In this document: positions 9,935 through 19,581 of the stretch, one piece after another
Numbering within the stretch: the first letter of the stretch is position 1
How the letters are laid out: each line of letters starts with the position of its first letter
Origin: Candidatus Bathyarchaeota archaeon
Lineage (GTDB): Archaea > Thermoproteota > Bathyarchaeia > TCS64
Reading direction: 5' to 3'
Assembly: GCA_963780545.1 (NCBI GenBank)
Contig: CAWACK010000008.1
Span: 135,988 to 199,987, forward strand
DNA: 64,000 bases
Made by a program: the position numbers and the translations under genes
The notes under the pieces: generated by a model
What the model saw: the letters and a program-made list of their open reading frames with translations, nothing else
What the model was told of the DNA's origin: nothing
The model's database searches: none

Positions 9935-10945
9935 ATGCCTAGGCCAAGATCACCTAGAAAAGGGTCAAAATCATTTTACCCCCGACGCAGAACCAGCCAT
10001 TTCAATGCACGCATTCAGGAATGGCCAGAGGTCACAGAGGGTCCTCAGCTCCTAGGCTTCGCCGGATACAAGGCAGGGATGACTCACCTCTATCAGATAG
10101 AGGATAGGGGAAAAGTTCCCGAGTTCGGTTTGGAAGTCAAGGTCGCAGCAACTGTAATCGAGGCTCCACCTATAGTGGTCCTTGCCGTAAGATCCTACAA
10201 AGAAACTGTCGATGGACTTAAGGTAATGACCGAGGCATGGATGGCAGAACCCCCCAAAGATGCCATGAAAGTCCTGAAGAATACCAGAAAACCTGATCCA
10301 GCCAAAGAACTTGAGAGGATTGTGGCCACTAAAGAGAAGGTTAAGGAGATAAGGATCTTAGGCGCAACTCAGCCTAAACTTACCTCTCTTGAAAAAAACA
10401 TCTCAGATTTAATAGAGATAAAGATCGGAGGGGGGAGCGTCGACCAACAGATCGAGTACGCAAAGGGTCTGCTCGGAAAAACGATTACAGCCTCTCAAGT
10501 ATTCCAGCCAGGAGAAACGGTTGATATAGCAGGTGTCACAAAAGGCAAGGGATTTCAAGGTCCGGTGAAACGGTTCGGTATCCGCATACAGCAGAACAAG
10601 TCTCGTAAGACGATTAGGGGAGTCGCTTCAATTGCACCCGTTTCACCTAGGACGATTCATCCACATGTTGCCCGAGCAGGCCAGATGGGCAGTCACCACC
10701 GTGTAGACTTCAGCAAGCGCATTTTAATGATTGGAAGCGATAATGCAAGGTTTTCTCCAGCGGGAGGCTTCAATAGATATGGACCTATCAAGAGTGAATG
10801 CATCATCATCAAGGGCAGCGTCCAGGGTACACCCAAGAGACTTATCCGCCTTAGAAAACCTATGAGGGGCACAAGCTACCCTAAAACTGCACCCCAAATA
10901 ACATACATTAATACCGAGTGGGGCAAGGAGAAGATAAAGCAATGA
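9935..10945 (+). CDS. rpl3: Ribosomal protein uL3
   Basis: MPRPRSPRKGSKSFYPRRRTSHF...; conserved archaeal L3. Confidence 0.95.
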   Translation: MPRPRSPRKGSKSFYPRRRTSHFNARIQEWPEVTEGPQLLGFAGYKAGMTHLYQIEDRGKVPEFGLEVKVAATVIEAPPIVVLAVRSYKETVDGLKVMTEAWMAEPPKDAMKVLKNTRKPDPAKELERIVATKEKVKEIRILGATQPKLTSLEKNISDLIEIKIGGGSVDQQIEYAKGLLGKTITASQVFQPGETVDIAGVTKGKGFQGPVKRFGIRIQQNKSRKTIRGVASIAPVSPRTIHPHVARAGQMGSHHRVDFSKRILMIGSDNARFSPAGGFNRYGPIKSECIIIKGSVQGTPKRLIRLRKPMRGTSYPKTAPQITYINTEWGKEKIKQ

Positions 10946-11706
10946 AAGTTCCAGTCCTAAACCTCGCAAACGAGAAGATCGATGAGATCGATCTTCCAAA
11001 GGTCTTTGAGACTCCAATTAACCCAGAAGTTATCAAGAGAGCCGTCATTGCACAGCAAAGCCACGGCTTCCAATCACAAGGCAGAGACCCAATGGCTGGA
11101 AAAAGAAATACCGCTTTAAGCAGAGGAACGGGCCACGGGCAAGCGAGGCTTCCTCGACTTAAGCAAAGTGGCAAGGCGGATTTCGCTGTACAGGCTGTAG
11201 GAGGCCATCTGGCAATGCCACCTAGGTCTGAGAAGGTCACTATAAAGAGGATCAATAAGAAGGAGAAACGCCTCGCAATACAATCAGGCATAGCGGCGAC
11301 TGCAATCAAGGAGATCGTAGCTGCACACGGTCATGCTATCGACAGCGTAGCTCAGCTCCCACTCGTCATCGACGACTCACTTGAAGGCGTTCAAAAGACT
11401 AAGGACATTCAGGAGCTATTCACGAAGATAGGAATTTGGGCTGATATCGAGCGCGCGGACCGAAACAAGATCAGAGCAGGTAGGGGAAAGATGAGGGGAA
11501 GAGGTAAAAAAGAAGGTAAGGGTCCGCTCATCGTAATCTACGAGGATAAGGGTGTCAGCAAGGCTGCTAGGAACCTACCAGGCGTAGATGTAACCGTGCT
11601 AAGAAACCTAAACGCAGAACTTCTGGCACCTGGCGCACATCCGGGCAGACTCGTGGTCTGGGCTAAATCTGCCTTCACAGCCATAGACGAGTTGTGGGAG
11701 GACTAG
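10942..11706 (+). CDS. rpl4: Ribosomal protein uL4
   Basis: ATGA overlap with the rpl3 stop. MKVPVLNLANEKIDEIDLP... Confidence 0.9.
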   Translation: MKVPVLNLANEKIDEIDLPKVFETPINPEVIKRAVIAQQSHGFQSQGRDPMAGKRNTALSRGTGHGQARLPRLKQSGKADFAVQAVGGHLAMPPRSEKVTIKRINKKEKRLAIQSGIAATAIKEIVAAHGHAIDSVAQLPLVIDDSLEGVQKTKDIQELFTKIGIWADIERADRNKIRAGRGKMRGRGKKEGKGPLIVIYEDKGVSKAARNLPGVDVTVLRNLNAELLAPGAHPGRLVVWAKSAFTAIDELWED

Positions 11707-11708
11707 AA

Positions 11709-11969
11709 ATGAAGCCACATGATGTCATAAAATACCCGACAATGACAGAGCGCAGCGTATACATGATCGAGAACGAAAATAAACTCGTCTTCATTGTAAG
11801 CCGCGAAGCCACAAAGCAAGATATTGCAAAGTCCATTAAGGAACTCTATCAAGTCGAGGTGAAGGAGATCAACACCCTAATTAATAGACAGGGTGAGAAG
11901 AAAGCCTTCATAAAGCTCAAGGAAGGCTACAATGCCTCTGAGGTCGCCATAAAACTCGGTATACTTTAG
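11709..11969 (+). CDS. rpl23: Ribosomal protein uL23
   Basis: MKPHDVIKYPTMTERSVYMIENENKLVFIVSREATKQDIAKSIKELYQVEV. Confidence 0.9.
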   Translation: MKPHDVIKYPTMTERSVYMIENENKLVFIVSREATKQDIAKSIKELYQVEVKEINTLINRQGEKKAFIKLKEGYNASEVAIKLGIL

Positions 11970-11978
11970 GTGTGAATA

Positions 11979-12710
11979 ATGGGAAAAAGAATTAAAGTAC
12001 AACGACGTGGACGCGGAACGCCAGTCTTCCAGGCAGCTCACACGGGAAAAGTCGCCCAAGCCAGATATCCCGAAGCCACGAGTGAGTCAATCTACGGAAT
12101 GGTTAAAGACATAGTTCACGAAGCTGGAAGAGGAGCTCCATTGATACTCGTAGAACTCAGCAACGGTCAGACCTTTTATACTGCAGCCTCCGAAGGAACT
12201 CACGTCAACCAAGAAATAGCAATCGGTGCAGATGCCCCACTCACCGTTGGAAACGTAATACCACTCGGAAAAATCCCAGAAGGAACACTCGTAAACAATA
12301 TCGAACTCAAACCAGGAGACGGCGGCAAAATCGTACGCGCCTCAGGAGGCTATGCAACCGTCATAGCTCATAACCTTGGAAAGACCGTCGTGAAACTCCC
12401 ATCAAAGAAAAGCATACTGATACACGCAGAATCACGAGCAACTATCGGAGTAGTTTCTGGCGGAGGCAGACTCGAGAAACCACGACTAAAGGCGGGAGAA
12501 AACTTCCTTGCAGCTAAAGCAAACAATAAAGTCTATCCAACTGCCCATGGAGTGAAGATGACTGCCGCCAGCCATCCACATGGTGGAGGACGTCACAGGC
12601 GTCCTGGAAAGTCGACAACTGTTAGCAGAAATTCCCCACCAGGAGCAAAGGTAGGCCTTATCGCAGCAAGAGTCTCCGGAAGGGGAGGCTCAAAACGACA
12701 GAGAAGTTAA
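11979..12710 (+). CDS. rpl2: Ribosomal protein uL2
   Basis: MGKRIKVQRRGRGTPVF...GGGRHRRPG. Confidence 0.95.
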   Translation: MGKRIKVQRRGRGTPVFQAAHTGKVAQARYPEATSESIYGMVKDIVHEAGRGAPLILVELSNGQTFYTAASEGTHVNQEIAIGADAPLTVGNVIPLGKIPEGTLVNNIELKPGDGGKIVRASGGYATVIAHNLGKTVVKLPSKKSILIHAESRATIGVVSGGGRLEKPRLKAGENFLAAKANNKVYPTAHGVKMTAASHPHGGGRHRRPGKSTTVSRNSPPGAKVGLIAARVSGRGGSKRQRS

Positions 12711-12751
12711 CCGATACGAATAAATAAAACGAAATGATGGAGAGATGAAGA

Positions 12752-13135
12752 ATGCCAAAGAACTTCCAATACCGAGGACGAAGCGTCGAAGACCTCAAGG
12801 CAATGTCAATGGATGAGTTCATTAACCTCCTACCAAGCCGTATGAGGAGAAGCCTACGAAGAGGCCTAAGCAACGAACAAAGAATAATCTTAGAACGCTT
12901 AAGACAAAACAATGGTAAACCAATAAGAACCCATGCACGAGACATGGTAGTTCTCCCAGAGATGATCGGAAAAACCATTCTTGTACATAGCGGTCAAGAG
13001 TTCGTAGAGATAAGGATCAATGAGAAGATGCTTGGTCACTACCTAGGAGAATTTGTGATAACGAACAAGCTGGTCCGCCATGGTAAGCCAGGTATAGGCG
13101 CTTCAAGGAGCTCAATGTATATCCCTCTGAAGTAA
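12752..13135 (+). CDS. rps19: Ribosomal protein uS19
   Basis: MPKNFQYRGRSVEDL...GHYLGEFVITNK. Confidence 0.9.
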   Translation: MPKNFQYRGRSVEDLKAMSMDEFINLLPSRMRRSLRRGLSNEQRIILERLRQNNGKPIRTHARDMVVLPEMIGKTILVHSGQEFVEIRINEKMLGHYLGEFVITNKLVRHGKPGIGASRSSMYIPLK

Positions 13136-13362
13136 AATAAACTTCAGCTTCTTTATTCATTAATAATATTTATAATAAACTATATTATAATTAGTCATAT
13201 ATTACATTCTTAATAAAACATTAAAAAAAACATACAAAATTACCTTCATAATAAAATTCACAAAAAAACTCATAATAATCCCTTATAGATACAATCAGCA
13301 ACCGAATTTAGATAACGTTTTTATATAAAGTCCCGATTTCAAGTAAGGCGAACGGTGCGTAT

Positions 13363-13824
13363 ATGCCATCCTGGAGATACTCGGTAACAGGTCTAGATCC
13401 GGACAAGACAGCAATAGCCAGCGGTAGGGATCTTAGAATCAAGCCAAAGGCTGCTAGAGAGATCTGTAATTACATTAAGGGCATGAAACTCGACAAAGCT
13501 AAGGAGACCCTTCAAGAGGTAGTGGAACTTAAGAGACCTATACCTTACTACAGGTACAGGCTTAAGGTACCTCACAGGGCAGAGGCCCAGGGATTTGATG
13601 CTGGCCGATACCCCCAGAAGGCAGCAGGTGAGATACTACACGTTTTAGAGGCAGTCGAGGCAAACGCCGAGTTCAAGGGGCTAGACGCAGAAAATTTGAA
13701 GATCACACACATAGCGGCTCACAGAGGCCGCAGAATAAGAAAATTCATACCACGTGCCTTCGGAAGGGCTTCCCCATACTTTAGGCACCTAACTCACATC
13801 GAGGTCGCAGTCGAGGAAGTGTAA
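13363..13824 (+). CDS. rpl22: Ribosomal protein uL22
   Basis: MPSWRYSVTGLDPDKTAIASGRDLRIKPKAAREICNYIKGMKLDKAKETL. Confidence 0.9.
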   Translation: MPSWRYSVTGLDPDKTAIASGRDLRIKPKAAREICNYIKGMKLDKAKETLQEVVELKRPIPYYRYRLKVPHRAEAQGFDAGRYPQKAAGEILHVLEAVEANAEFKGLDAENLKITHIAAHRGRRIRKFIPRAFGRASPYFRHLTHIEVAVEEV

Positions 13825-13826
13825 TT

Positions 13827-14699
13827 TTGTCTGTAGTCAAACGTATTATTCGGGACAGCAAAGAGCGTATGGCTGTTGATGAGCTCCTCTCTAAGGAATT
13901 CGAGGAAGCCGGTTATGGTGGCATCACACTAACGAAGACGCCGCTTGGTGCCCAGATTAACCTCTATACTATGAGGCCTGGTAGAGTCATAGGTAAAAGA
14001 GGCAGAGCAATAAAAGATGCGTCAGAGAAACTTGAAAAACAGCTTGGTCTTGTTAATCCACAGATAACTGTCGTTGAGATCGAAGTTCCAGAGCTTAATC
14101 CACATATAATGGCCGCCAGAGTAGCTAACGCCCTTGAGCGCGGAGTTCACTTCCGCAGAAGCATCTTCTGGAGTCTCCGCAGAATCATGGACAGTGGCGC
14201 ACTCGGTTGCGAGATCATATTAAAAGGGCCTATTAGGAGTGCAAGAGCTAGATTCGAAAAAGTAAGTGAAGGATATATTCCAAAAGCCGGAGAACCTTCC
14301 AAGAGATGGCTACGCCACGCGACTATCCACGTCAAACAAAAGAGGGGTATACTTGGCGTAACCGTTAATATCATTCCACCAGATGCAAAGTTTCCAGATA
14401 AGATCAGCCTCAAGGACCTTCCTGAGATTGAATACCCGGAGGAAGAGGTATACATGCCAGAAGGCTTAGAACCTGAATCTGAGCAGGGACTGACTGAGGA
14501 ACAAATCCCACAGCCCATCGAACAAACTGAAGCCGTAACTGAGACTTCGAAAGAAGTTGTTCACGATGAATCAAGTAAAGAGGAGTCAGTCCAAACCGAG
14601 GTAAAGCCAGCAGATCACCCAATAAATGTAGAAAAGCAGGAAGAAGAGCGGACCAAATCCGAAACCGAAAAGTCGAAGGAAGGAAACGAGGAGATTTAG
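13827..14699 (+). CDS. rps3: Ribosomal protein uS3 with a ~90-aa acidic C-terminal extension
   Basis: TTG start. KH domain (RVIGKRGRAIKDASEKL). Long E/S/T-rich tail (EEEVYMPEGLEPESEQGLTEEQ...KEGNEEI). Confidence 0.9.
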   Translation: MSVVKRIIRDSKERMAVDELLSKEFEEAGYGGITLTKTPLGAQINLYTMRPGRVIGKRGRAIKDASEKLEKQLGLVNPQITVVEIEVPELNPHIMAARVANALERGVHFRRSIFWSLRRIMDSGALGCEIILKGPIRSARARFEKVSEGYIPKAGEPSKRWLRHATIHVKQKRGILGVTVNIIPPDAKFPDKISLKDLPEIEYPEEEVYMPEGLEPESEQGLTEEQIPQPIEQTEAVTETSKEVVHDESSKEESVQTEVKPADHPINVEKQEEERTKSETEKSKEGNEEI

Positions 14700-15188
14700 T
14701 TGCCCTTCATAAGAATCGATGAGATTAGGGATATGACTATCGAGCAAAAGCAACAAAAACTCGAAGAGTTAAAGGTAGAATTATCAAAGATCAGGACCTT
14801 AATAAACGCCGGTGGATCCGTTGAAAATCCCGGTAGAGTCAAAACGCTGAAGAAGGCAATAGCAAGAATTGAGACTGTTATAAACGAGGAGGCGTCGAAG
14901 TCAGTGACGCCAGTTACCGCTGGTAACATAATACGCCACGAGTTAATTGGGCTAGAGGTGAGGATCAGCAGTGGCAATAACAGGTGTCAAAAACGGATTA
15001 AGGGTTTCGTAGCTAATGAAACGCGAAATACACTGATTATCCACCAAGACAAAGAGGAGAAGAAGGTAGCCAAAGGCGATGCGTCTTTCATTTTCAACCT
15101 AGATGGAAAATTGGTTGAGGTAGAGGGAATAACCCTCATCGGTCGACCAGAAGACCGCGTAAATAAGAAGACAAAACGTGAGTGGTAG
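14700..15188 (+). CDS. rnp1: uL29 fused in frame to RNase P protein Rpp29/Pop4 (Rnp1), with no stop between them
   Basis: N-terminal ~70 aa is uL29 (MPFIRIDEIRDMTIEQKQQKLEELKVELSKIRTLINAGG...). C-terminal ~90 aa is Rpp29 (HELIGLEVRISSGNNRCQKRIKGFVANETRNTLIIHQ...FIFNLDGKLVEVEGITLIGRPEDR). An internal GTG (14908) sits 11 nt after GAGGAGG. Confidence 0.8.
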   Translation: MPFIRIDEIRDMTIEQKQQKLEELKVELSKIRTLINAGGSVENPGRVKTLKKAIARIETVINEEASKSVTPVTAGNIIRHELIGLEVRISSGNNRCQKRIKGFVANETRNTLIIHQDKEEKKVAKGDASFIFNLDGKLVEVEGITLIGRPEDRVNKKTKREW

Positions 15189-15200
15189 GGCGTAAACGGT

Positions 15201-15518
15201 TTGATGAGCCTTAAGAGACCCGAGAACGAGTGTAGTGACCCAGACTGCCCATTCCATGGCTCCCTAGCGGTGAGGGGGCGGGTATTGGACGGTGTGGTGG
15301 TTAGCGATAGAATGGTAAAGTCTGTCGTTATCCGCATCAACTACACCAGATTCAACAGGAAATACGAGCGCTACTCGCGAGCGAGTAGCCGCATCACCGC
15401 ACATAATCCCCCATGCATAGACGCTAAGAGGGGCGAGAAGGTACGCATAGCCGAATGCAGACCTCTAAGCAAAACAAAGTCCTTCTGCGTCGTTGAAAAG
15501 CTAGCTGAGGAGGAGTGA
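15201..15518 (+). CDS. rps17: Ribosomal protein uS17
   Basis: CSDPDCPFHGSLAVRGRVLDGVVVSDRMVKSVVI. Confidence 0.9.
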   Translation: MMSLKRPENECSDPDCPFHGSLAVRGRVLDGVVVSDRMVKSVVIRINYTRFNRKYERYSRASSRITAHNPPCIDAKRGEKVRIAECRPLSKTKSFCVVEKLAEEE

Positions 15519-15522
15519 ATAA

Positions 15523-15945
15523 ATGAGTAAAAGAACGGGGAAGAGAAAACTTACGCCACGGCGTAAGATAAGCGGTGGTCTAACATCTGGCTCCGTCTTC
15601 ATCTGCGCTGACAATAGTGGTGCACGTGTACTCCGCCTCATACAGGTATTCGGCTACAAGGGACGTCGCCGAAGGCTACCAATAGCAAGCGTAGGCGATC
15701 TATGTATGGTCAGTTGTCGTGAGGGAACGCCGGAGATGAGGCGACAAATGTTCAACGCGGTCATCATTCGCCAGAGGAAACCATACCTCAGGAAAGACGG
15801 AACATGGATCCAGTTCGAGGATAACGCTGCAGTCATTCTAACACCGGAGGGTACCTTGAGGGGATCCGATGTCAAGGGACCCGTAGCTAGAGAAGCCGTA
15901 GAACGCTTCGCACGTCTCGGAACAACTGCGAGGATGGTCGTTTAA
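15523..15945 (+). CDS. rpl14: Ribosomal protein uL14
   Basis: FICADNSGARVLRLIQV... Confidence 0.95.
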   Translation: MSKRTGKRKLTPRRKISGGLTSGSVFICADNSGARVLRLIQVFGYKGRRRRLPIASVGDLCMVSCREGTPEMRRQMFNAVIIRQRKPYLRKDGTWIQFEDNAAVILTPEGTLRGSDVKGPVAREAVERFARLGTTARMVV

Positions 15946-16299
15946 ATGAGGAAAGTAGGCAATACTAAACCCTCTACCGTAAGAAAGCAGCAGAGAAATG
16001 CCCCCCTTCATATTCGAAGAAAATTCATATCCGCACCACTCTCACCAAACCTCAGGTCTCAATATGGCGCTCGTACAATGCCAGTTATTGAGGACGATAC
16101 TGTTGCTATAACAAAGGGTGACAGAAAGCTCACTGAGGGAAAAGTCCTCAGAGTCAATACGAGGGACGCTAAAGTCTATGTAGAGGGTGTTACAAGAACA
16201 CGCCTCGACGGCTCTAACGTACAGATCCCTGTAAGAGCTGAAAATTTGATGATTATAAAACTAAACTTAGACGATGACTGGCGAAAACGGATCCATTGA
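15946..16299 (+). CDS. rpl24: Ribosomal protein uL24 (KOW)
   Basis: PVIEDDTVAITKGDRKLTEGKVLRV. Confidence 0.9.
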   Translation: MRKVGNTKPSTVRKQQRNAPLHIRRKFISAPLSPNLRSQYGARTMPVIEDDTVAITKGDRKLTEGKVLRVNTRDAKVYVEGVTRTRLDGSNVQIPVRAENLMIIKLNLDDDWRKRIH

Positions 16300-16332
16300 T
16301 AGAAAGGGCTTCAAGTCCAAGGAGGACTAAAA

Positions 16333-17064
16333 ATGGGTAAAAAAGGACCAACTCGTCACATGAAGAGACAATTAGCTCCAAAGTTCTGGACCATCCACAG
16401 GAAAGAAAAGGTCTGGTCCATCAAGACCAGCCCTGGTCCACACACATTCGGATCATCGATACCTATAGCGGTACTACTTCGAGACATGTTGAGCTACACC
16501 TCCACGCGAAGAGAGGCATCAATGATAGCTAAGCAGGGCAAAATAAAGATCGATGGCAAACCTCGATTAGATGATAAGTTCCCCGTAGGACTAATGGACG
16601 TTGTTTCTCTGCCCGATGCAGGCGAGAATTATCGCGTACTCCCCGCTAAGGGAGGGCGTCTAATTCTACATCAGATAAAGGGAGAAGAAACAGGTTACAA
16701 ACTATGTCGGATTATAGGTAAGATCTCCCTCAGAAACGATATGATGCAGCTAAGACTTCACGATGGAAGAACAATTAGTGTCCCAGCTGGAAGTCACTAT
16801 AACGTGAACGACGTTCTAAAGATAAAGATTCCTTCACAGGAGATAATCGATTACATTCCATTCAAAGACCAGCTTACAATAGTAATTACGGGTGGCAGGT
16901 CCCAAGGCGAGACAGGAATAATAATTGGTCTGGGAGACGAACCAGGATGGAAGAAGACAGCAACTGTGAGAACCACTAAAGGTGAAGACATCCGAACATT
17001 AACGAAGTATGTCTTCCCCATTGGCATATCTCAGCCGCTGATATCTTTACCGGAGGGTCAATGA
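16333..17064 (+). CDS. rps4e: Ribosomal protein eS4
   Basis: MGKKGPTRHMKRQLAPKFWTIHRKEKVW. Confidence 0.95.
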   Translation: MGKKGPTRHMKRQLAPKFWTIHRKEKVWSIKTSPGPHTFGSSIPIAVLLRDMLSYTSTRREASMIAKQGKIKIDGKPRLDDKFPVGLMDVVSLPDAGENYRVLPAKGGRLILHQIKGEETGYKLCRIIGKISLRNDMMQLRLHDGRTISVPAGSHYNVNDVLKIKIPSQEIIDYIPFKDQLTIVITGGRSQGETGIIIGLGDEPGWKKTATVRTTKGEDIRTLTKYVFPIGISQPLISLPEGQ

Positions 17065-17065
17065 G

Positions 17066-17605
17066 TTGTCAACCGAAATCGTAGAGACAAACCCAATGAG
17101 GGCTCTAAGGATCGGCAAGGTCGTGGTTAATATGGGGGTAGGAGCTTCTGGCGATCCACTCGACCACGCACAAACCATCATGGAGCAGCTTACAGGGCAG
17201 AAACCCTGCCAACGATACGCGAAACAGACCATCAGAGGCTTCAACATAAGGAAGAGAGAACCAATCGCTTGCATGGTTACCCTTCGCGGCCAAAAGGCAG
17301 AGGACTTCCTAATCAAGGCTTTACAAGCCAACGACAAAAAAATCAAACAGCGTAGCTTCGATAGGTGGGGTAATTTCGCATTTGGTATCAAGGAACATAT
17401 AGATATCCCAGGTACAAGATACGACCCTAACCTTGGGATTACAGGTATGGACATCATGGTGACTGTTGAGAGATCAGGATACCATATAGATGAAAGAAAA
17501 CACGCAAGGGGAAAAATTGGAACATATCAAAAAGTAACCCCAGACGAGTCAAAGGAATTCATTAAAAAGAAGTTCGGTGTCGAGGTGAAAGAGGCCGATG
17601 AGTGA
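17066..17605 (+). CDS. rpl5: Ribosomal protein uL5
   Basis: TTG start. [20 protein letters not shown]. Confidence 0.9.
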   Translation: MSTEIVETNPMRALRIGKVVVNMGVGASGDPLDHAQTIMEQLTGQKPCQRYAKQTIRGFNIRKREPIACMVTLRGQKAEDFLIKALQANDKKIKQRSFDRWGNFAFGIKEHIDIPGTRYDPNLGITGMDIMVTVERSGYHIDERKHARGKIGTYQKVTPDESKEFIKKKFGVEVKEADE

Positions 17606-17753
17606 GCAAAAGAAGCGTACGACAGGACCAGGTAGCAGAGCATGCATCAGATGTGGTACCCATAATGGCCTCATCAGGCGCTACGGACTTAACATATGCA
17701 GAAAATGCTTCAGAGAAGTAGCCCCTGCAATGGGCTTCAAAAAGTACAGGTGA
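17598..17753 (+). CDS. rps14: Ribosomal protein uS14 (zinc-ribbon type, 51 aa; not in the ORF track)
   Basis: [51 protein letters not shown]. Overlaps the rpl5 stop. Confidence 0.9.
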   Translation: MSEQKKRTTGPGSRACIRCGTHNGLIRRYGLNICRKCFREVAPAMGFKKYR

Positions 17754-17758
17754 TATGA

Positions 17759-18142
17759 GTGGACCCACTAGTAAACGCACTTAATACACTAATGAATCAC
17801 GAAGGTAGGCGCAAAAAAGAGTGTATCATTACACCCGCCTCTGGCCTTGTTGGGAGGGTCCTACGCCTAATACAACAAAAGGGCTACATAGGTGAGATTG
17901 AGTTCATTGACGACGGCAGACAAGGAAAGTTCCGCGTTCAACTCTTCGGTCGAATAAATGAATGTAAAGCGGTCCATCCACGATACTCAACTAAGGTCAA
18001 GGCGATGGAAAAGTGGGAGAAGCGTTTCTTACCAAGCCGTGACCTCGGCGCAGTCATCCTATCAACACCCAAGGGGGTTATCGACCACAGACAGGCTAAG
18101 GAGCTCAACGTCGGTGGCGTTGTCATAGCGTATGTCTATTAA
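17759..18142 (+). CDS. rps8: Ribosomal protein uS8
   Basis: GTG start. DPLVNALNTLMNHEGRRKKEC... Confidence 0.9.
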   Translation: MDPLVNALNTLMNHEGRRKKECIITPASGLVGRVLRLIQQKGYIGEIEFIDDGRQGKFRVQLFGRINECKAVHPRYSTKVKAMEKWEKRFLPSRDLGAVILSTPKGVIDHRQAKELNVGGVVIAYVY

Positions 18143-18153
18143 GGTGAGCATAA

Positions 18154-18687
18154 ATGTCCATACAATTAGTCGAAAACACCGTAGAAATACCAGATGATGT
18201 TCAGCTAACTCTAGACGGTAAAAAAGTCACGGTGCAGGGTAAAAAAGGCAAATTAACCAAGGACTTTAGTCATACAAAACTCACGATGGTCAAAGAAGGT
18301 AATACAATTAAACTAAGTGTCTCGAATCCACGTAGGACTGAAGCAGCTCTCGTAGGAACAATTAGCGCACATATTAAGAATATGATTAAAGGCGTAACTC
18401 AAGGCTGGACCTACAAGATGAAGATCGTCTTCGTTCACTTCCCCACATCTGTAAAGATCATTGGAAAAGAAGTCCATATAGAGAACTTCGTCGGTGAGAG
18501 AAAGGCTCGAATAGCTGAGATACTCGGGGAAACAAAAGTGACCGTCAAGCAGGAAGATGTAATAATTGAGGGCATCGACCTCGATGACGTTAGCCAAACA
18601 GCCGCTAACATACAGACTAGAGCTAAAATACGTAATAAGGACCTGAGAAAGTTTCTGGACGGTATCTACGTCTATAGTAAGGAGTAA
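18154..18687 (+). CDS. rpl6: Ribosomal protein uL6
   Basis: Two L6 repeats; VTVQGKKGKLTKDF. Confidence 0.9.
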   Translation: MSIQLVENTVEIPDDVQLTLDGKKVTVQGKKGKLTKDFSHTKLTMVKEGNTIKLSVSNPRRTEAALVGTISAHIKNMIKGVTQGWTYKMKIVFVHFPTSVKIIGKEVHIENFVGERKARIAEILGETKVTVKQEDVIIEGIDLDDVSQTAANIQTRAKIRNKDLRKFLDGIYVYSKE

Positions 18688-18694
18688 ATGAACA

Positions 18695-19126
18695 ATGATT
18701 GAAACAGAAAAAAGAAGGCTTCTCAAGGTTAGGAAAAAGCTTAGTCAGCACCGTCCAAAGTTCTATGCATTTGAGTCTTGGCGTTTCGTTAAGATCAAGC
18801 CAAGATGGAGAAGGCCACGAGGTATCGATAACAAGATGCGCACTAACGAAAAGGGTTGGCCAAGAGTTGCAAATATCGGATGGGGTGGTCCAGCAGATGT
18901 GCGCGGTTTACACCCGTCCGGTAAGAATGAAGTGTTGATCAACAACATCAAAGAACTAAAATCAGTCGATATCGAGACCCAAGTCGCAAGGATTGGCGGA
19001 ACTGTTGGAGGAAAGAAAAGAGCACTCATAATTGAGGAGGCCGAGAAACTCGGCGTAAAGATCCTTAACGTTGGAGCGAAACCCAAGTCCTCAGACTTTG
19101 AGAAGTTGGAGGAAGAAAAGAAATGA
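18695..19126 (+). CDS. rpl32e: Ribosomal protein eL32
   Basis: HRPKFYAFESWRFVKIKPRWRRPRGIDNKMR. Confidence 0.9.
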   Translation: MIETEKRRLLKVRKKLSQHRPKFYAFESWRFVKIKPRWRRPRGIDNKMRTNEKGWPRVANIGWGGPADVRGLHPSGKNEVLINNIKELKSVDIETQVARIGGTVGGKKRALIIEEAEKLGVKILNVGAKPKSSDFEKLEEEKK

Positions 19127-19581
19127 ATCTCACAAACCAGAGACGATTAGCAGCCTCTTTACTCGAGGTAGGCATCAACCGCATTTGGATCGACCCAGAA
19201 AAGATCGAGGACGTAGAGGGTGCCATCACGCGCAATGAGGTTAGAAAGCTAATCAGAGAGAGCGTCATAAAGGCGATTCCAGAGAAAGGAACAAGTCGTG
19301 GACGCGCAAGAGTACTCGCCCAGAAAAAGAGAACCGGCCGTAGAATCGGTATGGGCACTAAGAAGGGAAAGAAGTTCTCCGAAGTCCCGGAAAAGACTCG
19401 ATGGATGAACCGCATTAGAGCACTAAGAAGGAAACTCACCGAGCTTCGCGACCAACGCATAATCACAGTCAGCACATATCGTAGCCTATACATGAAAGCG
19501 AAAGGTGGAGAGTTCCGAAGCCTAGCCGAATTAGAGAGGCACATAAATGAGCAGAAATTGAGGAGGCGTACATTTGGCTAA
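19123..19581 (+). CDS. rpl19e: Ribosomal protein eL19
   Basis: MNLTNQRRLAASLLEVGINRIWIDPE. Confidence 0.9.
   Translation: MNLTNQRRLAASLLEVGINRIWIDPEKIEDVEGAITRNEVRKLIRESVIKAIPEKGTSRGRARVLAQKKRTGRRIGMGTKKGKKFSEVPEKTRWMNRIRALRRKLTELRDQRIITVSTYRSLYMKAKGGEFRSLAELERHINEQKLRRRTFG

Noticed and set aside
10724-11309. Minus-strand ORFs (97 and 133 aa) inside rpl3/rpl4. Similar antisense ORFs sit at 14147-14622, 19065-19544, 20316-20771 and 21303-21809.
   Set aside because: They are entirely antisense to highly conserved ribosomal-protein genes and are low-complexity Arg/Ser/Pro-rich products. These are typical shadow ORFs.
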